Source: Patescibacteria group bacterium (lineage in GTDB: Bacteria > Patescibacteriota > Microgenomatia > Levybacterales > UBA12049). Taken from it: a DNA stretch of 64,000 nucleotides. The stretch covers positions 15,430 to 79,429 of the forward strand of contig JBBTVD010000009.1 of NCBI GenBank assembly GCA_038063415.1. The letters are read 5' to 3'. Below the pieces are notes generated by a model. It ran no database searches, was not told the DNA's origin, and saw only the letters and a list, made by a program, of their open reading frames with translations. A program made the translations under genes and the position numbers. Positions 9,678-19,749 of this stretch are shown here, piece by piece; within the stretch, counting starts at the first letter, position 1, and each line of letters starts with the position of its first letter.

Positions 9678-10952
9678 ATGCTAAGAAAACTAAAAGAGCT
9701 CTTCTATTTCCCAATAGCTTCGTACTTTCGTTTTTTTGCTGCCATTCGATTGCGAAGGTGGCATCCACGCATAATTGTCGTCACCGGTTCCAATGGTAAG
9801 ACCACGCTTTTTCATTTACTTGAAGCACAGTTTGGCAAGCAAGCAAGGCATTCACATCATGCAAATAGCAGCTTTGGCATCCCATTTAATATCTTGGGAC
9901 TTGAGCGAAAGACACTTCTAAAATCTGAATGGATTAAACTCTTTCTTCTTGCTCCCCTAAAAGTTTTTGCTCCATTGCCAAAAGAAAAGATATTTGTGGT
10001 TGAGTGTGATTGTGATCGTCCAGGAGAAGGGAAATTCCTTGCGGAATTATTAAAGCCAGAGGTTGTGCTGTGGGTGAGTACTTCCCGTACGCATGGGATG
10101 AATTTTGAAGCGTTAGTAACAGAAAAAAGGTTTGCCACCGTTGAAGAAGCAATTGCGTACGAATTTGGGTATTTTCTTGCATATTGTTCTGATTTTGTAG
10201 TTATTGATGGTGACTCGTCCTTGCAAGTACAGCAAACAAATCGTACAAAAGCACGAGTCAAAGCCATTAAAAAGACTGAAATTTTGGACAAGTATCATGT
10301 GGATGCTACGGGAACAACGTTTGTTCTTAATAAGAAAAGCTATACCTTCACCTCATTACTTCCTGAAGTAGTTGCTACTGGTCTTGCGATGTGTATTGAA
10401 GCAGTAGACTATTTCAAGATTGATTTTGACCCAACGTTTGCTCACTACACGCTACCCCCGGGGAGGGGATCGCTTTTCTCTGGGATCAAAAAAACTACCA
10501 TTATCGATAGTTGCTACAATGCTAACCTTTCTTCAATGGAAGCAATATTGTCCATGTATAAGCAATTTGCCGCAAAGAAAAAATGGGCAGTGATTGGTGA
10601 TATGCTTGAGCAAGGAGCAGGGGAGAGGGAGCAACATGAGAAGCTTGCAGTAGTACTCTCAAAGGTAGATCTTGATAGGATAGTTTTTCTTGGGCCACGT
10701 GTGAGAAGATATACATATCCTTATTTGCAGCAATTGGATAGGCAAAAGATCTCCATGGATGCTTTTGACAGCCCACGAGAAGCACTTGATTTCTTACAAT
10801 CTCATATTGAAGGTGGAGAGACAATCCTTTTTAAGGGAGCAAGGTTTATGGAAGGCATCATTGAGCATCTTCTTGCAAATCCAAAAGATGCAGCGAAGCT
10901 AGCCAGGCGCGAGAAAGTATGGGAAATACGAAGGAAAAAGTGGGGATTATAA
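9678..10952 (+). CDS. Mur ligase family protein (MurF-like, with an unusually short N-terminal region)
   Basis: P-loop VTGSNGKTT at residue about 36, and the Mur-ligase C-terminal motif DSCYNAN. The early P-loop position implies the MurF N-terminal domain is missing. Confidence 0.55.
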   Translation: MLRKLKELFYFPIASYFRFFAAIRLRRWHPRIIVVTGSNGKTTLFHLLEAQFGKQARHSHHANSSFGIPFNILGLERKTLLKSEWIKLFLLAPLKVFAPLPKEKIFVVECDCDRPGEGKFLAELLKPEVVLWVSTSRTHGMNFEALVTEKRFATVEEAIAYEFGYFLAYCSDFVVIDGDSSLQVQQTNRTKARVKAIKKTEILDKYHVDATGTTFVLNKKSYTFTSLLPEVVATGLAMCIEAVDYFKIDFDPTFAHYTLPPGRGSLFSGIKKTTIIDSCYNANLSSMEAILSMYKQFAAKKKWAVIGDMLEQGAGEREQHEKLAVVLSKVDLDRIVFLGPRVRRYTYPYLQQLDRQKISMDAFDSPREALDFLQSHIEGGETILFKGARFMEGIIEHLLANPKDAAKLARREKVWEIRRKKWGL

Positions 10953-10961
10953 AAACTAAAA

Positions 10962-11666
10962 ATGAAAAACGTAAAATATAAAATATTTGTATTACATGGA
11001 TGGGCTTACTCAACAGAAAAGTGGCAGCCATTTCTGACATTACTTAAAAAACAAGGAATTGAGCCTGTTATGCTCCAGATTCCTGGACTCACTGCACCTC
11101 TGGAAGAGGTATGGACGCTTGATAACTATGTCTCTTGGCTCAAAAAAAGTGTCGAAAAAGAAAAGGGGAAAGTAATCTTACTTGGGCATTCCAATGGAGG
11201 AAGAATTGCGATTTCCTTTGCTGCAAAATATCCAGAAAAAGTTGCGCAGCTAGTACTTATTGATAGCGCCGGTCTGTATCACAAAGAACTATTGCTCCAA
11301 ATTAAACGGGCGGTGTTTCAAACAATTGCAAAAATAGGCAGAAAGTTACATAAATCAGATCATCTACGGTATTTACTCTATCGATTTGCTCGTGAAAATG
11401 ATTATTATCGGGCAAATCCCGCTGTCAGAAAAACAATGCATAATTTGATCAAAGTTGATCTTTCGCCATTACTTCCACAAATAGTAATTCCTACGCTTAT
11501 TATCTGGGGGCAGGATGATAAAGTGACGCCGGTTATCGACGGGGAAAGAATGCAAGCGCTTCTGCCAAACGCTCGTCTGCATATTGTTAACGGTGCACAT
11601 CATTCACCACAATTTACTCATGAAAAAGAAGTAGCGGCTATCATCACTCAGGATTTAGAAAAATGA
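10962..11666 (+). CDS. alpha/beta-hydrolase fold protein
   Basis: 234 aa. Nucleophile elbow LLGHSNGG (G-H-S-x-G) and C-terminal DDKVTP..H pattern consistent with a Ser-Asp-His triad. Confidence 0.65.
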   Translation: MKNVKYKIFVLHGWAYSTEKWQPFLTLLKKQGIEPVMLQIPGLTAPLEEVWTLDNYVSWLKKSVEKEKGKVILLGHSNGGRIAISFAAKYPEKVAQLVLIDSAGLYHKELLLQIKRAVFQTIAKIGRKLHKSDHLRYLLYRFARENDYYRANPAVRKTMHNLIKVDLSPLLPQIVIPTLIIWGQDDKVTPVIDGERMQALLPNARLHIVNGAHHSPQFTHEKEVAAIITQDLEK

Positions 11667-12877
11667 TTACTTTTAACTCGCTTGGTTCCAATTATGATTA
11701 TCAGTTTGCTCGCATGGCAGTATTTGCCCGAAATGAGCAAAAATATAGTGAGCAATTGCAGGAGTATTTACAAAAGAAATATACAGGAGAAGTAGCTCTT
11801 GTGTATAAAGGTCGGGAAGCATTACGACTAGCCCTTCGTCTTATCAAAGATTCTGGGCAAGCCAGAATGACGAAAGAACCTCTTGTTGGTATCTGTGGTT
11901 ATACGTGCTTTGCTGTTTATGATGCCGTAATCAAAGAAGGCTTTGGCGTTACCTATTTGGATATTGATGCCAAAAGTTTACATTTTTCTCTTGCAACGTT
12001 AAAACAAACAGTAAAGGAAAACCCTCAATTAAAAATTCTCATCATTCAAAATACGCTTGGCTATCCATGTGATATGGTAGGTATCCATAAATTTTGTCAG
12101 GAGAAAGGGATTATTCTGATCGAAGACCTTGCACACGCAATAGGTTCAACGTATGCAAACGGCAGGGAAGCGGGGACAGTAGGTGATTTTGTCGCACTCT
12201 CTTTTAGTCAGGATAAAATGATTGATGGCGTTACTGGTGGAGCGCTTGTCGTCAGAAATCAAAAGTATGCCAAGCTTTTGCAGAAAGAAACTTTTGTCAA
12301 AGTAGGGGAGTGGAAACAACTCATTGATCGACTGTATCCACTCTTTACCGTGGCAATACGAAAGACATATGGAGTTGGTTTGGGGAAGATTCTCCATCAT
12401 CTGCTGAGGAAATCAGGTCTTTTGGCGAGGCCAATGGATGAAAGTACCCAGATACAAACACTTTCACCGTGGTACTGTCTCTTGATTTATAGTGCTTTTT
12501 TGGATCTTGAGAGCAATCGGGAACACAGGAGAAAGATAGCAAGGATTTATCGGGAAGTGATTGATTCTCGGATACAGTTACGACTTGCTCTGTCTCGTAG
12601 TGCCAATTTGCGATTTCCTCTTCTGGTTCCACAGCGAGAAAGTCTCATTGCTTACTTAAAAAACTCTGCTGTTTTTGTCTCTGACATTTGGTATGATGCT
12701 CCTATTGGTCCAAAAAAATTCATGCAATGGACCAATTACCAGCAGGGACTCTGTCCAAATGCCGAAAAAATAGCCGACAAGATGGTCAATCTCCCTACAC
12801 ATAAAAATATCTCACAAGCACAGGCCAAACGGATTGCACAGCTTGTAAATAAATGGCTAAAAGCAAATTATGAATAA
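11663..12877 (+). CDS. DegT/DnrJ/EryC1/StrS-family PLP-dependent sugar aminotransferase
   Basis: 404 aa. Block LIEDLAHAIGSTY..G...G..GDFVALSFSQDKMIDGVTGGALVV matches the family core including the PLP-lysine region. Its start overlaps the upstream gene by 4 nt. Confidence 0.7.
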   Translation: MITFNSLGSNYDYQFARMAVFARNEQKYSEQLQEYLQKKYTGEVALVYKGREALRLALRLIKDSGQARMTKEPLVGICGYTCFAVYDAVIKEGFGVTYLDIDAKSLHFSLATLKQTVKENPQLKILIIQNTLGYPCDMVGIHKFCQEKGIILIEDLAHAIGSTYANGREAGTVGDFVALSFSQDKMIDGVTGGALVVRNQKYAKLLQKETFVKVGEWKQLIDRLYPLFTVAIRKTYGVGLGKILHHLLRKSGLLARPMDESTQIQTLSPWYCLLIYSAFLDLESNREHRRKIARIYREVIDSRIQLRLALSRSANLRFPLLVPQRESLIAYLKNSAVFVSDIWYDAPIGPKKFMQWTNYQQGLCPNAEKIADKMVNLPTHKNISQAQAKRIAQLVNKWLKANYE

Positions 12878-13895
12878 CATCGCCTATAAACCAGTTGCGA
12901 GTGAATCAGAATGGGAAGAATTTCTTTCTCTCCACGAAGAAGCAAATTTTCTCCAATCATGGTATTTTGGAGAGTTTCATAAAAGGTTAGGGAAGCATAT
13001 CCAGCGGACAGGTTTTTACAAAAAGGATAGATTGATTGGAGTAATGTTATCTGTTGTTGAACCAGCACGAAGAGGAAGATATCTAACCGTTGCTGGAGGA
13101 CCAATCCTTGATTGGCAAGATACGTCGTTGGTAGACACTGTCTTTAAGACAATGAAAGCAATTGCTGAGGAAGAAAACTGTGTTTTTGTTCGAGTTCGTC
13201 CACAGCTTTTGGAGAATGAGTTTTCAATAGATCTTTTCAAAAGAAAGGGATTTAACAATGCCACCATGCACCTTACTGCTGAATTAACCTCACGTCTTGC
13301 AATTGAAAAATCAGAAGAGGAACTGCTTGTTCAGATGCGTAAAGCTACTCGATATGAAATAAAAAAAGCAATAAAAGAAGGAATAAAAATCAAAACTACG
13401 ACTAATCCAAAGGATGTAAAAGCCTTTTACGATATTCAATTGGCAACAGCGAAGAGACAGCATTTTGTACCTTTCTCCTACAAGTTCTTTTTGGAGCAAT
13501 TTAGTGTCTTTTTCCAGGCAAAGCGAGCGCTCATGTATGAAGCATATCTCGAAAAGACTCTTTTGGCACAAGCATTTATCATCTTTTATGGTAAAGAAGC
13601 GGTGTATCATTATGGAACGGGGACTGAAGTCGGCAGAAAGCATCCCGGAGCGTATCTTATCCAATGGGAAGCTATCAAAGAAGCAAAAAAGAGAGGTATG
13701 CAGTGGTATAACTTTTGGGGGATAGCACCTGTTAATGAACCACAGCATCGTTTCTCTGGGGTGTCTGTCTTTAAGCGGGGGTTTGCTGGAGAAGATACTC
13801 AATACTTGCATGCTCAGGATCTGGTTATTAATAAACTCAGATATGTCTTTAATTATCTTGTTGAATGGATTCGCAAAAAGGTACGAAAGGTGTAA
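12870..13895 (+). CDS. FemAB-family aminoacyl-tRNA-dependent peptidyltransferase (peptidoglycan interpeptide bridge formation family)
   Basis: 341 aa. FemX-like blocks ...QSWYFGEF...YLTVAGGPILD... and ...YHYGTG..VGRKHPGAYLIQWEAIKEAKKRGMQWYNFWGI. Confidence 0.65.
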   Translation: MNNIAYKPVASESEWEEFLSLHEEANFLQSWYFGEFHKRLGKHIQRTGFYKKDRLIGVMLSVVEPARRGRYLTVAGGPILDWQDTSLVDTVFKTMKAIAEEENCVFVRVRPQLLENEFSIDLFKRKGFNNATMHLTAELTSRLAIEKSEEELLVQMRKATRYEIKKAIKEGIKIKTTTNPKDVKAFYDIQLATAKRQHFVPFSYKFFLEQFSVFFQAKRALMYEAYLEKTLLAQAFIIFYGKEAVYHYGTGTEVGRKHPGAYLIQWEAIKEAKKRGMQWYNFWGIAPVNEPQHRFSGVSVFKRGFAGEDTQYLHAQDLVINKLRYVFNYLVEWIRKKVRKV

Positions 13896-13906
13896 AATAG
13901 TGGCGT

Positions 13907-14482
13907 ATGAAAAAGATAATCCTCGCATCATCATCTCCACGTAGAAAACAACTGCTCAAACTTCTTGGTTTGGAATTTACCATTGACGCTAGCAATATCG
14001 AAGAGAAACTCAATCCTCGTCTCAAACCACGTAAGCAGGTAGAAGTTCTATCCTCACAGAAAGCACAAGCAATTGCTTCCAAATATCCAGATGCTATTAT
14101 CATCGCAGCAGATACAATGGTTGCCTTTGGAGATGAAAAGTTAGGAAAACCAAAGGACGCAAAGGATGCAAAGCAAATGCTCAAAAAGCTGAGTGGAACG
14201 GTGCATTTTGTTGTAACGGGGATGACGGTGCTTGATACTGCGACAAAAAAGAGTAGGACGAGCTCTATTGAAACAACGATTATGTTTCGAAAGCTGCAAG
14301 ATAAGGAGATAGCGAAGTTTATTGAAAAAGAGAAGCCCTATGATAAAGCAGGAGCTTATGCAATCCATGAGTTGGGTGGGATATTTGTGGAGCGAGTTGA
14401 AGGAGATTATCTGGGGGCAGTTGGGTTGTCTCTTTTTGCGCTGGCAAGAGAACTTAAAAAGTTTGGAGTAAGTATTATCTAG
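13907..14482 (+). CDS. maf: Maf-like nucleoside triphosphate pyrophosphatase
   Basis: 191 aa. N-terminal ILASSSPRRKQLL is the Maf signature. Confidence 0.85.
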   Translation: MKKIILASSSPRRKQLLKLLGLEFTIDASNIEEKLNPRLKPRKQVEVLSSQKAQAIASKYPDAIIIAADTMVAFGDEKLGKPKDAKDAKQMLKKLSGTVHFVVTGMTVLDTATKKSRTSSIETTIMFRKLQDKEIAKFIEKEKPYDKAGAYAIHELGGIFVERVEGDYLGAVGLSLFALARELKKFGVSII

Positions 14483-14567
14483 TGCCGGGAGGGGGAGTCG
14501 AACCCCCACGGAGTGTAATCTCCAAAGGTTTTTGAGACCTTCGTGTCTGCCATTCCACCACCCCGGC
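14483..14567 (-). tRNA. tRNA-Leu (anticodon CAA), class II with long variable arm
   Basis: The minus-strand read gives acceptor stem GCCGGGG/TCCCGGC, anticodon stem AAGGT/ACCTT with loop CTCAAAA (anticodon CAA), a long variable arm, T-arm GGGGG-TTCGACT-CCCCC and discriminator A. No encoded CCA. Confidence 0.8.
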
Positions 14568-14788
14568 CTAATTAGTTCCGTCTATCTCTTTTATAATTTC
14601 TCTTCCAAATCCAGATTTAAAAAACTTTTCAAGTATCCTTGCTTCCTGACGAGATTCACATAATTCTACATGAATAAGTTTTACTGGGTTCCACCACCCC
14701 GGCAAAGAACTACTGTATTTTACTTTGTTTTCTCTTGTATGACAAGGTTAGCTTTATTTTTTTGCCTTTCAGTGTTACAATAATAACC

Positions 14789-16297
14789 ATGAAATTCGAA
14801 TTCTCATCTAATCCCCTTGAAAAAATTTCTTCAGATGTAGCTCTTGTTTTTGCTTTTGCTGGGGGAAAAAAGCAAAAATCATACATTCCTTTAGAGAGTT
14901 TTACAAAAATAGATACACTTTTAGATAGACAATTGGCAAAAGTAGCTCTCCTTGAAAACTTCACCGCAAAAAAAGGGGAGATGATAAAAATTATTCCACA
15001 GAGAGTGATTGCACCCTCTCAAATCGTTGTTCTTGGTCTAGGAGAGAAAAAGGACTTTTCACTCACTAATTTTCGTGAAGTAATTGGTTCCTTTGCGAAG
15101 TCCATGCATCTTAAGATTGACTCCGCGTCAGTCTCTCTTCCACATACAAAAGAGAGTGGTATAGAGATATCAGAATCTTTACATGCTTTTGTGGAGGGAG
15201 CACAGCTTGGGACATATGTTTTTCTCAAATACAAAAAAGAAGAAACAAAAGAACGTAAGTTTGCTAACGTTATTATTGCTGGACAAGAAGAGACAAAAAG
15301 CTTGAAGGATATTACACAAAAAGCTCAGTTATACAGTCAGGCAACGATTCTTGCCCGTGACTTGGTTAACGAAACACCAACTATTGCTACACCGACTTAT
15401 TTAGCCAAGCTTGCCCAAGATATTGCCAAGAGTAGTACCCAAATCACCTGTACTATTTATTCTAAGGAAGAAGCTGAGAAAATGGGAATGGAAGCATTCC
15501 TTGGTATTGCTCGTGCATCTGATACTCCTCCAAAATTTATTCACTTGGAATACACTCCCAAGAGAGCTTCAAAAGAAAAAATTGCGATTGTTGGTAAAGG
15601 GATAACTTTTGATAGCGGAGGGATAAATGTCAAACCTGGTGAGCATATGAATGACATGAAAATGGATATGGCTGGGGCGGCAGCTGTCCTTGGCGTATTT
15701 TCGGTAATTGATGCGATTGCGCCAGAGACTACGGTTATTGGTCTTATTGCTGCGACTTCAAATATGATTTCTGGTGCTTCCATTGTCCCGGGAGATATCG
15801 TTCGGGCAATGAATGGCAAAACCATTGAAATTGGCAATACTGACGCAGAGGGAAGAGTAACCCTTGCTGATAGTTTGTCCTATGCTCTCAAACAGGGTGC
15901 AACACAGATTATTGATCTTGCAACCCTTACCGGAGCCTGTATGGTTGCTCTTGGTCATGATATCAGTGGACTTTTTTCAAATGACAAAGCATTAGCAGAA
16001 AAAGTAGTCACCGCAGCAACTGCAGAAGGAGAAAAAATGTGGGAAATGCCACTGGATAAAGACTATAAAGAGTTAAATAAGAGTGAAGTAGCAGATATTT
16101 CAAACATTGGACAAGATAGATACGGTGGGGCAATTACTGCGGCACTTTTCCTTGAAGAGTTTGTTGATGGTAAACCATGGGTGCATCTGGACATTGCCGG
16201 TCCCGCATTTAGTGCAAAAGGAAATAAACTTAGTCCTGCTGGGGGGACTGGCTTTGGGGTCAGAACTATGCTAAAATTGCTGGACACATTTCAATAA
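14789..16297 (+). CDS. pepA: leucyl aminopeptidase (peptidase M17)
   Basis: Has the M17 signature NTDAEGRVTLAD plus the metal-site blocks VGKGITFDSGG and MKMDMAGAAAV. The ATG at 14789 (MKFEF...) is a more plausible start than the track start at 14735. Confidence 0.85.
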   Translation: MKFEFSSNPLEKISSDVALVFAFAGGKKQKSYIPLESFTKIDTLLDRQLAKVALLENFTAKKGEMIKIIPQRVIAPSQIVVLGLGEKKDFSLTNFREVIGSFAKSMHLKIDSASVSLPHTKESGIEISESLHAFVEGAQLGTYVFLKYKKEETKERKFANVIIAGQEETKSLKDITQKAQLYSQATILARDLVNETPTIATPTYLAKLAQDIAKSSTQITCTIYSKEEAEKMGMEAFLGIARASDTPPKFIHLEYTPKRASKEKIAIVGKGITFDSGGINVKPGEHMNDMKMDMAGAAAVLGVFSVIDAIAPETTVIGLIAATSNMISGASIVPGDIVRAMNGKTIEIGNTDAEGRVTLADSLSYALKQGATQIIDLATLTGACMVALGHDISGLFSNDKALAEKVVTAATAEGEKMWEMPLDKDYKELNKSEVADISNIGQDRYGGAITAALFLEEFVDGKPWVHLDIAGPAFSAKGNKLSPAGGTGFGVRTMLKLLDTFQ

Positions 16298-16300
16298 GCC

Positions 16301-16364
16301 GTCATTCTGGCTCGTCCAGAATCAGTAAAAAGATCCTGGATGCACTTCGCTTACCAGGATGACG
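16301..16364. repeat. palindromic MITE/REP-like element, subfamily A (GTCATTCTGG-loop-CCAGAATC hairpin plus GATCCTGG..CCAGGATGAC hairpin)
   Basis: It starts 4 nt after the pepA stop. Termini are GTCATTCTGG ... CCAGGATGAC. Confidence 0.75.
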
Positions 16365-16388
16365 ATTTAAAAGATAGGAAGAATAATT

Positions 16389-16958
16389 ATGATTTCAGTT
16401 ACCGAACTTCGCGCAGGCACAACATATCATGAAGACGGGCAATATCTCGTTGTTTTGTCTTACGAGCATATCAAGATGGGGAGAGGAAGCGCCAACATCA
16501 AGGTAAAAGTCCGCAACATCAAAACAGGAAGTAACGTCGAAAAAAGCTACATCAATGGGGCTAAAGTCCAAGACGTCCACGTCCTCAAAAAGAATATGCA
16601 ATATCTCTACAAAGATGATGAAGCGGTTTATTTTATGGATCCAAACACCTATGAACAGGTTAGCATTGCACTTAAATTAGTCCCTGAGCATGCTTATTTA
16701 AAAGAAGGAGAAGAATTTACGGTAAGTTTCCTTGAAGGGGAACCTTTTGCGCTGTTACTTCCACCCAAAATGGTATTTCGTGTCGCAGAGACAGCTCCCG
16801 GAGCCAAAGGAAATTCCGCAACCAATGTTTTTAAAGAAGCAATTCTCGAAAATGGTCTTAAAACTCGAGTGCCACTTTTTATTGACACGGATGAATATAT
16901 CCGGGTTGATACTCGGACAGGAGCCTACTGTGAAAAGGCTCAAGCAACCGAAAAATAA
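16389..16958 (+). CDS. efp: elongation factor P
   Basis: 189 aa. Matches the EF-P three-domain pattern including K..GKG.A..K.K and the C-terminal VPLFI...IRVDTRTG.Y..R. Confidence 0.9.
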   Translation: MISVTELRAGTTYHEDGQYLVVLSYEHIKMGRGSANIKVKVRNIKTGSNVEKSYINGAKVQDVHVLKKNMQYLYKDDEAVYFMDPNTYEQVSIALKLVPEHAYLKEGEEFTVSFLEGEPFALLLPPKMVFRVAETAPGAKGNSATNVFKEAILENGLKTRVPLFIDTDEYIRVDTRTGAYCEKAQATEK

Positions 16959-17012
16959 GAAAATTTGTCGACTCTCTAGATAAATTTTGTGTAATTTGCC
17001 ATAATCAGATTC

Positions 17013-18275
17013 ATGAAGACACATATCCTTCGTGCTTTGACAGAAAAGTCATTTTCCTATCTCTGGTTTGGGGAAGTTTTTACGCAAATTGCTATCAATA
17101 CGTTAAACTTCTTCCTCGTTCTTTTTGTGTATGAATTAACCCATTCAAATACAGCAGTTTCTGGAATTATTATTACCTACACGATCCCAGCAATTATTTT
17201 TGGTTCGATTGCGGGTGCATACGTCGATCGATGGGACAAGCGGACTGTCTTAATTTTTTCCAATGTTGCCAGAGCTCTTCTCTTAATTATTCTTGCAATC
17301 AACATTGAGAATCTTGCTGTACTTTATATACTCTCTTTTCTTATTGCCGTCATCACACAATTTTTTATCCCAGCCGAAACTCCGATGATTCCATTAACCG
17401 TACGTAAAGAGAATTTATTATCCGCCAATGCGTTATTTGGTATGGCATTCTCAGGTTCTGTCGTTGTTGCCTATTTGCTTGCCGCGCCCTTGCTTGCCTG
17501 GCTCGGTTCGGTACCTACTCTTTTTATTTTAGCAGCTATATTGGGGTTAGGTGCGATATTTGTCTACTTTGTGAAAGTAAAGGGAAAACCCTTAGTTTCT
17601 TCTCATAAAATAAAAAATAGACCAAATGTTTTTCAAGAAATCAAACTTGCTTTTCAGATTTTTACTCAGACGAAAGTAATATCACAAGCAATATCTCTTT
17701 TGGCATTAGCACAAGTTTTGACACTTATTATTGCGACCGTTGCCCCTGGATATGCCAGTCAAGTATTGGGGATTGAACTAAAACGGTTTGCACTTTATTT
17801 TGCTGCTCCAGCAGCAATCGGTATGGTAGTTGGAGGAATAGTCCTTGTTAATTTCTTTCATAATGCACGAAAGAAATACATGATTAATGCAGGTATTTTT
17901 CTCTCTGGTATTTGTCTCATGCTCTTGCCACTTGGTTCGGAGGTTGCTTCACGGACTATTATTCAGACAATCAATAATTTTTTACCCGCTTTTTTAGATA
18001 TCAATATTTTGCGTACCGTTGTAGTTCTCATTTTTCTCATCGGTGTAGGAAATGCATTAGTTTTTGTCCCATCAAATACGATCGTGCAAGAACAAACATC
18101 AGATGCCTCTCGGGGGAAAATCTACGGCTTTCTTAATACAATCGTTGGTGTCCTTTCGTTACTTCCAGTGATTCTCGTTGGGGGGCTTTCTGATTTAATT
18201 GGGGTTGGGTCGGTATTGGTTGGGATTGGTCTTAGTTTATTTCTTCTGGCAGTGTATAATATACTACGCCCGTAA
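17013..18275 (+). CDS. MFS-family transporter
   Basis: 420 aa with about 12 predicted TM helices, and a D-R-W-D-K-R loop after TM2 typical of the MFS. Confidence 0.7.
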   Translation: MKTHILRALTEKSFSYLWFGEVFTQIAINTLNFFLVLFVYELTHSNTAVSGIIITYTIPAIIFGSIAGAYVDRWDKRTVLIFSNVARALLLIILAINIENLAVLYILSFLIAVITQFFIPAETPMIPLTVRKENLLSANALFGMAFSGSVVVAYLLAAPLLAWLGSVPTLFILAAILGLGAIFVYFVKVKGKPLVSSHKIKNRPNVFQEIKLAFQIFTQTKVISQAISLLALAQVLTLIIATVAPGYASQVLGIELKRFALYFAAPAAIGMVVGGIVLVNFFHNARKKYMINAGIFLSGICLMLLPLGSEVASRTIIQTINNFLPAFLDINILRTVVVLIFLIGVGNALVFVPSNTIVQEQTSDASRGKIYGFLNTIVGVLSLLPVILVGGLSDLIGVGSVLVGIGLSLFLLAVYNILRP

Positions 18276-18279
18276 CACT

Positions 18280-18963
18280 ATGGAGTTTGCGATTTTTTTT
18301 CTTCTAATCATTATTTATCTGTATGTATTATACAAATTGGTAAAAGATGACTATGTTTTTATTCGAAAAAATATCTCGATCGAACAGATTTTTGATCTTG
18401 CATTCTTAGCACTTATTGGGGGTACTTTTTTTTCTCGTTTATTTTATTTTCTTTTTTCCCCGCTCAAAACAGGGAATGTGTTTTTTGCAACCTTCTCTCC
18501 CGGAATAGGAGGATTTTCTCTGATAGGCGGCGTTTTGGGTGGACTCTTGACGCTTCTTGTCGTGATACGACTCAAAAAAGCTCCTCTAGGTAGGCTTCTT
18601 GATTTTTTTACGTTAGCGTTGCTCTGTATTTTGCCCATTGGATTTTTGGCGTATTCATTTTTGCAAAAACAACCTGAGCTATATCTTTTTTTATTGTATG
18701 CTGTACTTTATTTTGTACTTGCTCTTTTTTACTTCAAATCACTTTATCCCAAAATACTAAGCAAAACACAAAAAGAAGGTAATAGTACGCTGCTTTTTTT
18801 GATCTTTTTCTCATTGGCTTCTCTTTGTACCGCGGTCATTAATCCTATTAAAGGGACCATTACCATCTTAAGTATAGAGAATCTCGTTCTTTTTGTTAGT
18901 TTTCTGATAAGTATCTCGCTTCTTATACAACAAGAGAAAACGACGAAGAGCAAAAAAAAGTGA
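18280..18963 (+). CDS. polytopic membrane protein with similarity to the prolipoprotein diacylglyceryl transferase (Lgt) signature region
   Basis: The IGGTFFSRLFYFLF block resembles the Lgt GGRLGYVLFY signature, and a G-rich TM segment (PGIGGFSLIGGVLGG) follows. The ATG at 18280 follows the MFS stop; the track ORF extends upstream in an overlapping frame. Confidence 0.4.
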   Translation: MEFAIFFLLIIIYLYVLYKLVKDDYVFIRKNISIEQIFDLAFLALIGGTFFSRLFYFLFSPLKTGNVFFATFSPGIGGFSLIGGVLGGLLTLLVVIRLKKAPLGRLLDFFTLALLCILPIGFLAYSFLQKQPELYLFLLYAVLYFVLALFYFKSLYPKILSKTQKEGNSTLLFLIFFSLASLCTAVINPIKGTITILSIENLVLFVSFLISISLLIQQEKTTKSKKK

Positions 18964-18969
18964 AATTTT

Positions 18970-19749
18970 ATGGAAGAGAAACCAATTCATATAACAGTTC
19001 TCTATGAAGATACTGACATTTTAGTCGTTGATAAACCCGCAGGAATTACGGTAAATCGTGCAGAAACAACCAAGCATGAAACGACAATTCAGGATTGGGC
19101 AGAGGAAAGATTGCATATTAAATATCAAATGCCAAATGTCAAATATGGAGAAGAGGGTTGGACACCAGAGCAAGATTTTTATGTACGAGGTGGTATTGTA
19201 CATAGACTGGATAAAGAGACTTCTGGTGTATTGATTCTCGCCAAAAATGCTCGCGCATTTGTCGAGCTTCAGCGGCAATTTCGAGAAAGGGAAGTAAAGA
19301 AAGTCTATCAAGCCTTTGCGCATGGAAAGATTAATCCAGCCACAGGAACAATTAGTGTTCCCGTTGGAAGACTGCCCTGGAATGGAAAGCAATTTGGTAT
19401 TGTGCCAGGTGGGAAAGAATCTAAAACTGACTATACAGTAGACACCTATTATCAATTTTCTAAAACAAAAGAATTCTTTTCATTTGTTTCTTTATTTCCT
19501 CATTCCGGTAGAACACATCAAATCCGTGTGCATCTAAAATATATTGGACATCCTATTTTTGCTGATTTTTTGTATGCGGGTAGGAAGACCTCAAGAAATG
19601 ATCGAAAGCTTCTCGCTCGAGTTTTTCTTCACGCAGCAGAATTACGGATCATGCATCCAACAACAAAAAAACAAATCCATTTTGTGAGTCCACTGGCAAA
19701 AGAGTTACAAGATCTTCTTGATAAGTTTGTTATAATTGAAAAAGTATGA
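18970..19749 (+). CDS. RluA-family pseudouridine synthase
   Basis: 259 aa. Catalytic-Asp motif HRLDKETSGVLILAKN and the LVVDKPAG block. No N-terminal S4 domain. Confidence 0.85.
   Translation: MEEKPIHITVLYEDTDILVVDKPAGITVNRAETTKHETTIQDWAEERLHIKYQMPNVKYGEEGWTPEQDFYVRGGIVHRLDKETSGVLILAKNARAFVELQRQFREREVKKVYQAFAHGKINPATGTISVPVGRLPWNGKQFGIVPGGKESKTDYTVDTYYQFSKTKEFFSFVSLFPHSGRTHQIRVHLKYIGHPIFADFLYAGRKTSRNDRKLLARVFLHAAELRIMHPTTKKQIHFVSPLAKELQDLLDKFVIIEKV

Noticed and set aside
9857-10298. Three overlapping minus-strand ORFs (144, 82, 61 aa) inside the Mur-ligase-like gene
   Set aside because: They lie antisense to a well-supported conserved CDS, with low-complexity, Cys/Ser-rich odd composition and no motifs. 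These are typical spurious antisense ORFs.
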